Part shown: in pieces, positions 25,878 through 38,046 of the stretch | How positions within the stretch are numbered: position 1 is the first letter of the stretch | Layout of the letters: each line of letters begins with the position of its first letter | NCBI GenBank assembly: GCA_963755025.1 | Contig: CAVWIH010000017.1 | Span: forward strand, 32,001-96,000 | Source: an uncultured Actinomycetes bacterium | Lineage (GTDB): Bacteria; Actinomycetota; Thermoleophilia; UBA2241 | Reading direction: 5' to 3' | DNA length: 64,000 nt | Notes under the pieces: generated by a model | Told to the model about the DNA's origin: nothing | What the model saw: the letters and a program-made list of their open reading frames with translations, nothing else | Database searches by the model: none | Program-made: the position numbers and the translations under genes

Positions 25878-26543
25878 GTGGGGAGGAGGCGGCACATCGC
25901 ACCGACACTGCAGGCCATCGCCTTCGACCTCGACGGCACCCTGGCCAACACCTTGGCGCTGAACATCGCGGCCTTTCAGCACGCCCTCCTCGGGGCCACC
26001 GGCCGGCGCTTCAGCGCCCAGGAGGTCTGCGACCTGTGCGGGGCCGGCCAGGAGGGCGTCGTCAGGAGCGTCGTGACCGACCGCTGGCGCGAGTGCCTGG
26101 CCGACTTTCACGAGTACTTCGAAGCCCACTACGACGAGCAGGCGGCGCCCTACGACGGCGTCGCCGAGCTGCTCGCCTGCGTCGAGCAGCGCGGCCTCGC
26201 CGCGGCCATCGTGACCGGCGCCGGACGGCGCTGCGTCGACCTCACCCTCGGCAAGCTCGGCCTGACCGGCCGGTTCCCGCACGTCGAGACGGGCTCGCCC
26301 GACGGTCCGCGCAAGGCGGAGCAGCTCGCCGGCCTCATCGCAGAGTGGGGTGTGGCGGCCTCGCGGGTGGCCTACGTGGGCGACTTCGCCTCCGACATGA
26401 CGGCGGCGCGCGCCGCCGGCGCCCTGCCGCTGGGCGCGGCGTGGGACGGCGACGCCGATGCGTCCGCGCTGCGCGCGGCCGGCGCGCAGGCCGTCTTTGC
26501 GACGGTCGCGGAGCTGCGCGACTGGCTGTCGTCGCGCTCGTAG
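25878..26543 (+). CDS. HAD-family phosphatase/hydrolase
   Basis: FDLDGTL motif I, IVTG, K, YVGDFASDMTAA; start uncertain. Confidence 0.85.
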   Translation: MGRRRHIAPTLQAIAFDLDGTLANTLALNIAAFQHALLGATGRRFSAQEVCDLCGAGQEGVVRSVVTDRWRECLADFHEYFEAHYDEQAAPYDGVAELLACVEQRGLAAAIVTGAGRRCVDLTLGKLGLTGRFPHVETGSPDGPRKAEQLAGLIAEWGVAASRVAYVGDFASDMTAARAAGALPLGAAWDGDADASALRAAGAQAVFATVAELRDWLSSRS

Positions 26544-26623
26544 GTCCGCCGCGCTTCCAGGGGCGCCACTGCGCCCTCGCCGCGGCCTTTGGTGGGTGAC
26601 GCCGGCCGTATGCGGGTACTGTC

Positions 26624-27742
<1,119 letters not shown>

Positions 27743-27744
27743 CC

Positions 27745-28194
27745 ATGGGCCGGCGCAAGGACACCGTCGTCGTGAACGAGGAGCTGCTCGAGCAGTTGCG
27801 CGACGTCTACCGCGAGCTCGGCCCCGGGTTCCCGACCGCCGCCACGCGCCTGTTCAGCACCGAAGGGTCCGCCGACGGGGGCGATTGGGCGCTCAGCGTC
27901 AACGGCCACCTCTCGCGGCTCCTGAACGCGCATGAGCTGGCGAGCACCGACCTGTTCGTGCTGCCGTCGAGCTGGGAGGTCATGCGGGCCGAGGTGCGCA
28001 GCATCAAGGCGAGGCGCGACGTGGTCACCGTGACCGGGTTCATCTACTGCCGGCCGCGGGGCACCTGGGAGCACCTGCGGCTGCCCTTGCTGCACGTCTG
28101 GACGATCTGCGTCGACAGGGCGCTGCGCTTTGAGAGCCTGCTCGACGGCCTCGAGCTCAGGCGCGCCGACGGGCTCACCCGCTGCGCCGCCTGA
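27745..28194 (+). CDS. Hypothetical protein, possibly SnoaL/NTF2-like
   Basis: ATG 2 nt after the sigma stop; DVVTVTG...LPLLHVWTI pattern resembles the NTF2-like fold. Confidence 0.55.
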   Translation: MGRRKDTVVVNEELLEQLRDVYRELGPGFPTAATRLFSTEGSADGGDWALSVNGHLSRLLNAHELASTDLFVLPSSWEVMRAEVRSIKARRDVVTVTGFIYCRPRGTWEHLRLPLLHVWTICVDRALRFESLLDGLELRRADGLTRCAA

Positions 28195-28254
28195 ACGTGG
28201 GGAATCCTCGCAGCCTGCTGGGCGCGACCACGGCCGGGCGGCCACCCGGCGCTC

Positions 28255-28944
28255 CTACCAGTCCTTGCGGAGCCCTCCGTCGCGGGCGAGCTTCTCGCGG
28301 CAGATCTGCTCGATGGCGCGGCGCACGGTGCGCGCCATGAGCCAGCCCACGACGGTTGCCGAGCCGGCGTAGCTCTGGGGCTCGCCGCGGCCCGTGCAGG
28401 CGACGACGACGGCGTCGGTCGAGGTGCCGCTCGCCGGCGCGCCCTCCGGGGAGAGCACCTGCCACGCGCCGAGCGCCAGCGTCTTGGCCTCGGTGGCGGT
28501 GATGACCGCGTTGACCAGGGCCGCCGGCGTGAGGTGTGCGTCGACCACCACGATCGTATTGATGGTGCCCGTCGCGTACGCCGACGGCGGGCTGACGCCG
28601 GCGCAGGCGCGGTTGCTGAGTCCCATCGAGACGACGGCCGCCACCGTCGTGCCGTCGCGCGACTCGGCGGCGAGGCGGGCGTACTGGGTCTTGGCCGCGG
28701 TCATGAGACCGACGAACGGCTCGTCGATCCCCAGGCTCGCGGCGAAGGCGGCGAGGTCGGCCGCGGGCGACGAGTCGGGGGAGACGTCGTCGACGTGCAT
28801 GTTGACGATCTCGCGGGCCGAGCCGAAGCCGCCGGCCACGAGCGCCGAGCTGAGCAGCGTCAGCGGCCGGGCGCTCGTCACCCGCACGACGGTCGCGTCG
28901 ATGGCGACGGCGACGCCGGCGATCGTGGTATCGAGAGGGGTCAT
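28255..28944 (-). CDS. cbiZ: Adenosylcobinamide amidohydrolase
   Basis: LSSA...GG, VGLMTAA, GLSN, GTINTIV, NAVITATEAK, SGTSTDAVVV. Confidence 0.88.
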   Translation of the reverse strand: MTPLDTTIAGVAVAIDATVVRVTSARPLTLLSSALVAGGFGSAREIVNMHVDDVSPDSSPAADLAAFAASLGIDEPFVGLMTAAKTQYARLAAESRDGTTVAAVVSMGLSNRACAGVSPPSAYATGTINTIVVVDAHLTPAALVNAVITATEAKTLALGAWQVLSPEGAPASGTSTDAVVVACTGRGEPQSYAGSATVVGWLMARTVRRAIEQICREKLARDGGLRKDW

Positions 28945-28957
28945 GCGGCGGCCTGGG

Positions 28958-29446
28958 TCAGCTCTCAGCGTGGAGCCACTCGGCCACTCCTTCTGAGCGG
29001 ACGGTCGCGTAGATGGCTTCGGAGTACTTACCACTGCTCAGCGGCAGGCGCCACGGATCTGCCTGGGGGTTGAGCTCGTTGTCCGCTACGGCGGCGATCT
29101 GTCGTTCGGCATCGGGGTGATGCCAGAAGAGGTGCTCGCGGGCGTTGATCTTGACGGCCGCCTGCCGCTCCCAGCCCTTGCCGTCTTCCTGCGAGAAGAC
29201 GGTGTAGTAGCACGTGCCACGACCGGCTACGGGGTCGCTGAAGTGCGTGACGTCGCCCTCGACGACCAGCGTCTGAGACCCGTCGCGCGTATCGGCGCTG
29301 TCGGCGAACCGCTCACCCGACCGCAGGACCCGCCACTGCAGTCTCTCGCAGTTGCGCACCTCCCACCAGCCCTTCACCTCATCGCCGCTGTGGGCGCAAT
29401 GGAAGTGGGCCATGTGTGGGCCCTCGCCGCCGCCGAAAAGCCGCAT
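28958..29446 (-). CDS. Hypothetical protein, possibly FN3-like beta-sandwich
   Basis: RBS GGGAG before ATG; WRVLRS...F.D...YYTVF pattern; ends just upstream of cbiZ. Confidence 0.55.
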   Translation of the reverse strand: MRLFGGGEGPHMAHFHCAHSGDEVKGWWEVRNCERLQWRVLRSGERFADSADTRDGSQTLVVEGDVTHFSDPVAGRGTCYYTVFSQEDGKGWERQAAVKINAREHLFWHHPDAERQIAAVADNELNPQADPWRLPLSSGKYSEAIYATVRSEGVAEWLHAES

Positions 29447-29706
29447 GTCATCTCCCAAGGTCGTGTGCTGATGGTGAGAGCCGCCGGTCGTTCCGATCAT
29501 AGTCGGTGGGCATGCTGAAGACGAACCGCCGCGCTCCTCTGGGCGACGACGCTCCGCCGCCGGCTCCCGTCCTTTCCGCAGGTTGACGGTCCCGGGGGCC
29601 TGCGCTAGCGTCGCGCCCGTCGTCTGACGCGACGGCCAGACCCCGGCGTCGCACCGGCAACCCCCGACCGAGGCCGCTCCTTCATGAGATCACCCCTGGC
29701 GCTCCA

Positions 29707-30645
29707 GTGACCGTCTCTCCGGGCGCGGTCGCCCTGACCGTGCTGCTGGCCGGCCTGCTCGACGTGAGCTGCGGTGAGCCCTCCAACGCCGTCCACCCGG
29801 TGGCCTGGCTGGGCAGCCTGATCGCGCTGCTCGACCGCCACGCGCCCCGCGAGCGGCCGCGCGCCGAGCTCGCCTATGGCGCCGGCATCGTGCTGGTCGC
29901 CTGTGCCGCGACTGCCGCCGTCGGGCTCGCGCTGTGCCTGGCGGTGGTGCGCCTGCCCTGGTGGCTCGCCGTGCCCATCGCGGCGGTCGCCCTGAAGGTG
30001 AGCTTCTCGCTGCGCGGCCTGGTCGGCGCCGGGCGCTACGTGCAGCGCAACCTGGGCGACGACACCGCCGCCGCCCGCGAGGGGTTGCGGGCGCTGGTCA
30101 GCCGCGACCGCGAGCTGAGCCCGCCCGAGGTCGCCTCGGCGGCCATCGAGTCGCTCGCCGAGAACCTGTCCGACAGCGTCGTCGCGCCGCTGTTCTGGTT
30201 CGCCCTGCTGGGGCTGCCCGGAGCGTTCGTCTACCGGGCCATCAACACCATGGACGCGATGATCGGGTACCACGGCCGCTACGAGTACCTCGGCAAACCG
30301 GCGGCGCGGTTCGACGACCTCGTCAACCTCGTGCCGGCGCGCCTCACCGGCCTGCTGCTCGTGGCCCTCGCCGGCCTGCACGGTCGCGGGGCCGCGGCCT
30401 GGAGCGCGCTGCGCCGGCAGCATCGCCTGTCGTCGAGTCCCAACAAGCTCTGGACGATCGCCCCCATGGCCGCCGCCCTGGGCGTGCGGCTGGCCAAGGC
30501 CGGCGAGTATGCCGTCGGCGTCGACGAGACCGCGCCCACCGCCACCAGCATCGGCCGGGCGGCGGCGATCGTCTGGCAGGCCGGCGCGCTCACCCTGCTG
30601 GCCGCCGCGGGCCTGGCCGCCCTGGTCGCGGCCCTCTGGCGCTGA
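29707..30645 (+). CDS. cbiB: Adenosylcobinamide-phosphate synthase
   Basis: GEP...HPV, LVSRD, ESLAENLSDSVVAPLFW, YRAINTMDAMIGY, AARFDDLVNLVPARL. Confidence 0.93.
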   Translation: MTVSPGAVALTVLLAGLLDVSCGEPSNAVHPVAWLGSLIALLDRHAPRERPRAELAYGAGIVLVACAATAAVGLALCLAVVRLPWWLAVPIAAVALKVSFSLRGLVGAGRYVQRNLGDDTAAAREGLRALVSRDRELSPPEVASAAIESLAENLSDSVVAPLFWFALLGLPGAFVYRAINTMDAMIGYHGRYEYLGKPAARFDDLVNLVPARLTGLLLVALAGLHGRGAAAWSALRRQHRLSSSPNKLWTIAPMAAALGVRLAKAGEYAVGVDETAPTATSIGRAAAIVWQAGALTLLAAAGLAALVAALWR

Positions 30646-30789
30646 GCTGCCAAAAAGGCCAAACCGGCGGCGCGCGAATAGCCTGCGACAGGCGTGGCGG
30701 CGGTTGCAGTCTCGCGAGAGACTTGGCACACTCCTTTATGAGGCAGGCGTGCGTCCTGCGACCGCGCAACCCCCCGTCACGAGGTCAAC

Positions 30790-33190
30790 ATGTTCGAAGT
30801 CGTCAGCAACGAGGAGATCGCCCCCAAGCTCCATCGCATGGACATCCTCGCGCCGCGCGTGGCGCGTGCCCGCAAGCCCGGCCAGTTCGTCATCGTGCGC
30901 GTCGGCAAGGGCGCCGAGCGCATCCCGCTGACGATCGCCGACGACGACCCCGCGGCCGGCACCATCACCCTCATCATCCAGGCCGTGGGGCGCTCCACGC
31001 AGGAGATCGTCGCCACCCCGGTCGGCGGCGCCCTGCGCGACGTGGCCGGCCCCCTTGGGCAGCCCACCCACATCGACAACTTCGGCCACGTGGTCTGCGT
31101 GGGCGGCGGGGTGGGCACCGCCGTGCTGTTCCCGCTGGCCAAGGCTCTGGCCGCCGCCGGCAACCGGCTGACCACCATCATCGGGGGGCGCAGCGAGAAG
31201 TTCGTGGTGTTGCGCGACGAGCTCGGCGCCTTCTCCGACGAGCTGCTGTGCACCACCGAAGACGGCTCGCTGGGCGAGACCGGCTTCGTCACCGCGCCCC
31301 TCAAGCGTCTGCTCGAAGCCGGCGACGGCGCCCGCCCGCAGGCGGTCTACGCCATCGGTCCGGTACCCATGATGAAGGCCGTCTCCGAGCTCACCCGCGC
31401 CTACGGCGTCAAGACCATCGTCTCGCTGAACCCGCTCATGGTCGACGGCACCGGCATGTGCGGCGGCTGTCGGGTGACGGTGGGCGGCGAGATCAAGTTC
31501 GCCTGCGTCGACGGCCCCGAGTTCGACGGCCACCTGGTCGACTTCGCCGAGCTCGCCGGCCGCCAGGCCGCCTACCACGAGCTCGACGAGCACGGCTGCC
31601 GCATCGTCGACGCCGAGGGCAATGTCGTCACCAGCGCCGCCGCGGCCAAGGCCGCCCGCAGCCGCCGCCTCGGCCGCCGCGCCCGCCGCCTCCGCGTCCG
31701 CCGCCGCCGCAGCCGCCGCGCCCGCCGCCCCGGTCCTCACGCCCGCCCCCGCCGCCGCCTTCGCGGTGGCCGCCGCCGCCGACGCCCCGGCTCCCGCGCT
31801 CACCGCCAAGGAGCGCATGGCTATCGGGCGCGTCGCCATGGTCGAGCAGGACGCCGAGCAGCGCAGCCACAACTTCTCCGAGGTCAACCTCGGCCTGCCG
31901 GCCGACCTCGCCGTGCTCGAGGCGCAGCGCTGCATCCAGTGCAAGAACCGCCCCTGCATGAGCGGCTGCCCGGTCGAGGTGCGCATCCCCGAGTTCCTCG
32001 AGCGCCTGGCCGCCGCCGACTTCGCCGGCGCCGCCGAGATCCTGCTCGCCGACAACGCCCTGCCGGCCACCACCGGGCGCGTCTGCCCCCAGGAGGTGCA
32101 GTGCGAGGGCGTCTGCGTGCGCGGCAAGAAGGGCGAGCCGGTCGCCATCGGCTGGCTCGAGCGCTTCGTGGCCGACTGGGCCGCCGGCAACCTCGAGTTC
32201 GCCGCGCCGCAGGTCACGCCGAGCGGCCATAAGGTGGCCGTGGTGGGCGCCGGCCCCGGCGGCCTCACGGTGGCCGGCGAGCTGGCCCGCATGGGTCACG
32301 CCGTGCACATCTTCGAGGCTCTCCACGACACCGGCGGCGTGCTGCGCTACGGCATCCCCGAGTTCCGCCTGCCCAAGGCCATCGTCGACAAAGAGGTCGA
32401 CAACCTGCGCCGCCTGGGCGTCGAGGTCGAGTGCGACGTGATCATCGGCCGCACGCTCACCGTGCAGGAGCTCATGGCCGACTTCGACGCCGTCTTCGTG
32501 GCCAACGGCGCCGGCCTGCCCATGTTCCTGAACATCCCCGGCGAGAACCTGAAGGGCGTGTACTCGGCCAACGAGTACCTGACGCGCGTCAACCTGATGG
32601 GCGCCTACATGAACTACGACGGCGTCACGCCCATCGCGCGCGGCAAGCGCGTGCTGGTCTTCGGCGGCGGCAACGTCGCCATGGACGCGGTGCGCACCGC
32701 CCGGCGCCTGGGCGCCGATCAGGCGATCTGCGCCTACCGCCGCACGCGCGCCGAGATGCCGGCCCGCATCGAGGAGATCGTGCACGCCGAGCAGGAGGGC
32801 ATCGACTTCCAGTTCCTCATGGCGCCGCTCGAGATCCTGTCCGACGCCCAGGGCTGGGTGCGCGCCGTGCGCATGCAGCGCATGGAGCTCGGCGAGCCCG
32901 ACGACTCCGGCCGCCGCCGCCCGGTGCCCATCGCCGGCAGCGAGTTCGAGGTCGAGTGCGACGTCGCCGTGGTGGCCCTGGGCACGCTCTCCAACCCGCT
33001 GCTCACCAACGCCACGCCGGCCATCGCGCTCAACAAGTGGGGCAACATCGTCACCGACGACACGCACGCCACGTCCATGCCGGGCGTCTTCGCCGGCGGC
33101 GATATCGTGCGCGGCGGCGCCACGGTCATCCTGGCGATGGGCGACGGCAAGGCGGCGGCGCGCTCGATCGACACGTTTCTCAAGGGCTAG
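30790..33190 (+). CDS. nfnAB: NfnA-NfnB-like electron-bifurcating transhydrogenase, probably one fused gene with a +1 frameshift in the linker near 31656
   Basis: NfnA part: PGQFVIVR, ERIPLTIAD, GGGVG, MVDGTGMCGGCR, CVDGPEF. NfnB part: RCIQC...CMSGCP, GRVCPQEVQCEG, GAGPGG, YGIPEFRLPK, GGGNVAMD, GGDIVRGGATV. Removing one C in GCCGCCCGCA joins the two through an Ala/Pro linker. Confidence 0.8.
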
Positions 33191-33217
33191 CTCGTCGCAG
33201 TCCGCGCACTGAAGCGC

Positions 33218-33261
33218 CGCGACGCGCCGGCCACCGCTTTGGCGGTGGCCGGCGCGTCGCG
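33218..33261 (+). terminator. 20-bp stem hairpin after nfnB
   Basis: CGCGACGCGCCGGCCACCGC-TTTG-GCGGTGGCCGGCGCGTCGCG. Confidence 0.7.
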
Positions 33262-33437
33262 AGCCTCAAGTGGGGAGCTTTCAGGCGATTGTGAGCCCGT
33301 TTAGAGCGCGCTCACCCCACCCGGTGGTTTGTCAGGGCGTGCGGGCCTGTGATAGGGTGCCGGCTCACCGAACGACGCGACCGGTCAGGGCCGCGTTCCT
33401 ACTGTCGGTCCGCGGACCGGGGGGTCATCCGGTGGTC

Positions 33438-34412
33438 GTGAGCACACGTTTCAGGGTCGTCTTCGTCTTTTCGCTCCTGTCGACCCTTCTCCTTCTCGTC
33501 GTGCCGTCGGCCGCTCAGGCAAGCGCCCTGAGCGCCGAACAGGCACAGGCGCGCCAAGCCGCCGCGCAGGTCGCTGCGCTCGACCGCCGCCTCGACCAGA
33601 CGGTGGGCGCCTACGCCGCCGCCGCCGCGCACCTGCAGACGCTGCAGGCGCAGGCCCAGGCCAACCGCGCCGCGCTGCGCCTCGACCAGTATCAGCTGGG
33701 CGTCGCCCGGCAGCAGCTCGCCGACCATCTCGTGCTCGCCTACAAAGACGGCGACGCCGGGCTGCTGAACGTCGTGCTACAAACGGCCACCTTCGACCAG
33801 TTGCTCACCAAGCTCGACTACGTGCAGCACCTCACCGGCAGCGACGCCGGGCTGGTGCAGGCCATCGAGCTGCGCCACCGCCAGGTGGTGGCCGAGCGCG
33901 CCGGGCTGCAAACGGCGCTGGCGTCGGCCCAGCAGACCGCCGCCCAGCTCGCCACGCAGCGCAGCCGACTCTACGCTCAGCTCGGCCAGCGGCGGGCGTT
34001 GCTGCACGGGCTGAACGCCACGGTCGCCGTGCTCGTCACCAAGACCAAGGCCGTCACCCCGGTCGCGAGCGCCGCCAAGACGGCGGGCACGCCGCCGTCG
34101 ACCGCCGGCGACGGCGCCGGCCCCTGGTGGACGCTGATCAAGTCGGCGGCCGCCTCCAACGGTATCTGGGCCGAGGGCCTCTACCGCCTCATGATGGCCG
34201 AGTCGGGCGGCGTGACGACGGCCTCCAACGGGGTCGACATGGGCCTCTTCCAGTACTCGTCGGCCACCTGGAGTGGTTCGTGGAACCCCTGGCATGCCGC
34301 CGGCATCTACGACGGCGCCGCCCAGATCAAAGCCACCGCCCTCGCCATCCACCTGGGCGACGGCCCCTCGTGGTGGCCCACCACCTACGCCTGGGCCTTC
34401 TCCCGCCAGTAG
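33438..34412 (+). CDS. Secreted coiled-coil protein with C-terminal lytic transglycosylase/Rpf-like domain
   Basis: Signal peptide, PcsB/CwlO-like coiled coil, MMAESGG...GLFQYSSATW...QI. Confidence 0.75.
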   Translation: MSTRFRVVFVFSLLSTLLLLVVPSAAQASALSAEQAQARQAAAQVAALDRRLDQTVGAYAAAAAHLQTLQAQAQANRAALRLDQYQLGVARQQLADHLVLAYKDGDAGLLNVVLQTATFDQLLTKLDYVQHLTGSDAGLVQAIELRHRQVVAERAGLQTALASAQQTAAQLATQRSRLYAQLGQRRALLHGLNATVAVLVTKTKAVTPVASAAKTAGTPPSTAGDGAGPWWTLIKSAAASNGIWAEGLYRLMMAESGGVTTASNGVDMGLFQYSSATWSGSWNPWHAAGIYDGAAQIKATALAIHLGDGPSWWPTTYAWAFSRQ

Positions 34413-34415
34413 CCC

Positions 34416-34497
34416 GCCGCCTTCGCCGCCCGTCCGCGGCTCGTCGCTCACTCGCCGCCTACGCCGCCCGTCCGCGGCTCGTCGCTCACTCGCCGCC
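34416..34497 (+). repeat. 38-bp tandem duplication
   Basis: GCCGCCTwCGCCGCCCGTCCGCGGCTCGTCGCTCACTC at 34416 and 34454. Confidence 0.85.
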
Positions 34498-34718
34498 GCC
34501 TGCTGCGTTCGCGGCCCCTCACACCGCCGTCGTCCCTCGCCGGGAGCCTCCGCTCGCCTGAGCCGGCCCCGCGCCGCACCGGCACAGCAGTTTCGACATC
34601 GGTCCGCCCGGACACTGAAAGACGAAAACCAGCAGCGGCGATCGCGTGAGCCGGCGGCAGAACAGGCGGGCCTTGGCGGGCCACGAGACGCGACCACGGC
34701 GCGCGACAAGGAGGCACG

Positions 34719-36788
34719 ATGAGCCTTCAGTCCCGAGACAGGACCAAGACCTTCGAGCAGACCTGCATCGACACCATCCGTTTTCTGGCGGTCGACGCTG
34801 TGCAGAAGGCCAACTCCGGCCACCCCGGCATGCCGATGGGCTTCGCCCCCGTGGCGCACGTGCTGTGGACCCGCCACCTCAAGTACGACGCGGCGCACCC
34901 CGAGTGGCCCGACCGCGACCGCTTCATCCTGTCGGCCGGCCACGGCAGCATGCTCCTTTACAGCATGCTCTACCTCACCGGCTACGGCCTGACGATCGAC
35001 GACCTCAAGCGCTTCCGCCAGCTCGGCAGCCGCACGCCGGGGCACCCCGAGTACCGCGACGCCCCCGGGATCGAGACCACGACCGGGCCGCTCGGGCAGG
35101 GCTTCGGCAACGCCGTGGGCATGGCCGTGGCCGAGGCGTTCCTCGGCGGCACCTTCAACGACTCGGCCACGACGGTCGTCGACCACTACACCTACGCGAT
35201 CGCCAGCGACGGCGACCTCATGGAGGGCGTCGCCTCGGAGGCGGCGTCGCTGGCCGGTCACCTTGGGCTGGGCAAGCTCATCGTGCTCTACGACGACAAC
35301 CTGATCTCGCTCGACGGTCCCACCGAGATGGCCTTCACCGAGGACCGCATGGCGCGCTTCGCCGCCTACGACTGGCACACCCAGACCGTGTCCGACGCCA
35401 ACGACCTCGACGCCCTCGACGCCGCCATCGCGGCCGCCAAGGCCGAGACCGGGCGGCCCTCGATCATCGCCGTGCGCTCGCACATCGGCTACGGCTCGCC
35501 GCACCTGCAGGACACCTCGAAGGCCCACGGCGCGGCGCTCGGCGTCGACGAGGTGAAGGCCACCAAAGCGAACCTCGACTGGCCACTCGAACCCGACTTC
35601 TACGTGCCCGACGACGTGCTCGCCTTCTATCGCGAGGCCGGCGTGCGCGGCGGCGCCGCGCGGCGCGCCTGGGACGAGCGCGTCGCGGCGTGGCGCGCGG
35701 CCGCGCCCGACGCCGCCGAGCGCTGGGATCGCGCCTGGCGGCGCGAGCCCGCCCCCGGCTGGGAGGCCGCCTTGCCCGCCTATGGCCTCGGCGACCCCGC
35801 CGTGGCCACGAGGGTCGTCTCGGGCGCCGTGATCAACGCCGTGGCGCCGTTCCTGCCCACCCTGATCGGCGGCTCGGCCGACCTCGCCACGTCGAACAAC
35901 ACGGCCATCAAAGGCGCCGAGGTGTTCGGCAAGGGGTCGCACGCGGGGCGCAACATCTGGTTCGGCGTGCGCGAGCACGCCATGGCCGCGGCCTCGAACG
36001 GCTTGGCCCTGCACGGCGGCGTCATTCCCTACGCGGCCACCTTCTTTGTGTTCACCGACTACCAGCGTCCCGCGCTGCGCCTCGGCGCGCTCATGGGAGC
36101 GCCGGTGAAGTACGTCTTCACTCACGACAGCATCGGCCTTGGCGAAGACGGCCCCACGCATCAGCCGGTCGAGCACCTCGCCATCCTGCGGGCGACGCCC
36201 AACTTCACGGTGGTGCGGCCCGCCGACGCCACCGAGACCGTCGAAGCCTGGAAGTTCGCCCTGGCGGCGAACGGCGGGCCGGTCGGGCTTGTGCTCACGC
36301 GCCAGAAGCTGCCCGTCATCGACCGTACGCGCTACGCGCCCGCCGCGGGCCTCGCCCGCGGCGCGTACGTGCTGGCCGACGCGGGCGGCGCGGCGGCGGC
36401 GGGCGGCGCGGCGACGGGCGGCGGCGCGGCGACGGAGCCCGAGATCATCCTGATCGCCACCGGCAGCGAGGTGCACCTCGCCCTCGAGGCCCACGAGCGC
36501 CTGGTGGCCGAGGGCGTGCGCTCGCGAGTGGTGAGCATGCCCTGCCGCGACGTGTTCTTCGCCCAGGAGCCGGCGTACCGCGACGCCGTGCTGCCGCCTC
36601 AGGTCGGGGCGCGCCTGTCGATCGAGGCGGCCGTCACCTTCGGCTGGCGCGACGTGGTCGGCGACCACGGGCAGTCGATCGGGCTCGACCGGTTCGGCGC
36701 CTCGGCGCCGGCCGAGGACCTCTTCGAGACCTTCGGCTTCACCGCCGACAACGTCTACCTGCGCGCCAAGGCCCTGCTCGACGGGTGA
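34719..36788 (+). CDS. tkt: Transketolase (copy 2, pentose phosphate operon)
   Basis: [41 protein letters not shown]; RBS AAGGAGG. Confidence 0.96.
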   Translation: MSLQSRDRTKTFEQTCIDTIRFLAVDAVQKANSGHPGMPMGFAPVAHVLWTRHLKYDAAHPEWPDRDRFILSAGHGSMLLYSMLYLTGYGLTIDDLKRFRQLGSRTPGHPEYRDAPGIETTTGPLGQGFGNAVGMAVAEAFLGGTFNDSATTVVDHYTYAIASDGDLMEGVASEAASLAGHLGLGKLIVLYDDNLISLDGPTEMAFTEDRMARFAAYDWHTQTVSDANDLDALDAAIAAAKAETGRPSIIAVRSHIGYGSPHLQDTSKAHGAALGVDEVKATKANLDWPLEPDFYVPDDVLAFYREAGVRGGAARRAWDERVAAWRAAAPDAAERWDRAWRREPAPGWEAALPAYGLGDPAVATRVVSGAVINAVAPFLPTLIGGSADLATSNNTAIKGAEVFGKGSHAGRNIWFGVREHAMAAASNGLALHGGVIPYAATFFVFTDYQRPALRLGALMGAPVKYVFTHDSIGLGEDGPTHQPVEHLAILRATPNFTVVRPADATETVEAWKFALAANGGPVGLVLTRQKLPVIDRTRYAPAAGLARGAYVLADAGGAAAAGGAATGGGAATEPEIILIATGSEVHLALEAHERLVAEGVRSRVVSMPCRDVFFAQEPAYRDAVLPPQVGARLSIEAAVTFGWRDVVGDHGQSIGLDRFGASAPAEDLFETFGFTADNVYLRAKALLDG

Positions 36789-36885
36789 TGGACGACCGCC
36801 GGCGCAGGCTCGGCGCGCCCACCGGCCGTGCGTGTAGCTCGCCCTGAAGGGGGGATAGTAAGGGCAGTACGGCCAGGGAGTGGAC

Positions 36886-38046
36886 ATGGCACACGACAAC
36901 AGCAAACTTGCGGCGCTCTTAGACTTAGGACAGAGCGTCTGGCTCGACTTCATCAGCCGCGACCTCCTGCGGTCGGGCCGTCTCGACGAGCTCGTCTCGC
37001 AAGGCGTCGGCGGCATGACCACCAACCCCACCATCTTCGACAAGGCGATCGGCAAGGGCGACAGCTACGACCAGCAGATCGAGGACGCGGTGGCGCACGG
37101 CCGGCCCACGGCCGAGATCGCCGACGCGCTCATCGTGGCCGACGTGCAGACGGCCTGCGACCTCATGCGTCCCGTCTACGAGCACACCGGTCACCTCGAC
37201 GGCTACGTCTCGATCGAAGTGTCGCCGGCGCTCGCCTACGACACGCGCAAGACGGTGAACGAGGCGCATCGGCTGCACGGCGCCGTCGACCGGCCCAATC
37301 TCATGGTGAAGATCCCGGGCACACGACAGGGCCTGGCGGCCATCCGCCAGACGATCGCCGACGGCCTCGACGTCAACGTCACGCTCCTGTTCGCGCTCGA
37401 GGTCTACGAAGGCGTGATCGACGCGTATCTCGGCGGGCTCGAGGACCGCGTCGCGCGCGGCGAGCCGATCGACGAGGTGCGCTCGGTGGCGAGCTTCTTC
37501 GTGTCGCGCGTCGACGTGAAGGCCGACCAGCAGATCGACGAGAAGCTCGCCGACCAGGCCGACCGCATCGTCGGCGCCCGCCTTGCGGGCCTCAAGGGCA
37601 CGCTCGCCGTGGCCAACGCCAAGCTCGCCTACCGGCGTTTTCTCGAGATATCCTCGACGGAGCGCTGGCACAGGCTGGCCGAGCGCGGCGCCCAGGCCCA
37701 GCGTCTGCTGTGGGCCAGCACCGGCGCCAAGAACCCGGACTACGACGACCTGCTCTACGTCGACAACCTGATCGGACCGCAGACGGTCAACACCATGCCC
37801 GAAGACACGTTGCAGGCGTTCCTCGACCACGGCGTCGTGCGCCGCACCGTCGACCAGGGTTTCGAAGAGGCGCGCGACCGGCTCGAGCAGGCGGCGGCCT
37901 TGGGGATCGACATAGAGGCCATCACCGAGGCGCTGCAGACCGAGGGCGTGGCGCTCTTTCGCGACTCGTTCAAGGCGCTCCTCACGAGCGTCGACCGTAA
38001 GCGTCGTCACCTGCTCACCGGCAAAGAGGGGAGATTGAGTGCCTAA
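36886..38046 (+). CDS. tal: Transaldolase (canonical)
   Basis: GQSVWLD, TTNPTIF, VSIEVSP, MVKIPGT, NVTLLF, ASFFVSR, LWASTG. Confidence 0.95.
   Translation: MAHDNSKLAALLDLGQSVWLDFISRDLLRSGRLDELVSQGVGGMTTNPTIFDKAIGKGDSYDQQIEDAVAHGRPTAEIADALIVADVQTACDLMRPVYEHTGHLDGYVSIEVSPALAYDTRKTVNEAHRLHGAVDRPNLMVKIPGTRQGLAAIRQTIADGLDVNVTLLFALEVYEGVIDAYLGGLEDRVARGEPIDEVRSVASFFVSRVDVKADQQIDEKLADQADRIVGARLAGLKGTLAVANAKLAYRRFLEISSTERWHRLAERGAQAQRLLWASTGAKNPDYDDLLYVDNLIGPQTVNTMPEDTLQAFLDHGVVRRTVDQGFEEARDRLEQAAALGIDIEAITEALQTEGVALFRDSFKALLTSVDRKRRHLLTGKEGRLSA

Noticed and set aside
25878-26543. HAD phosphatase as part of the atypical aldolase operon
   Set aside because: A strong intrinsic terminator at 25817-25865 separates it from tkt.
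29447-29706. Cobalamin riboswitch between cbiZ and cbiB
   Set aside because: No GGGAA...GCCACTG/B12-box pattern recognised by eye on either strand.
30722-30740. Sigma-54 promoter upstream of nfnA (TTGGCAC)
   Set aside because: The -12 element reads TTTA rather than TTGC.
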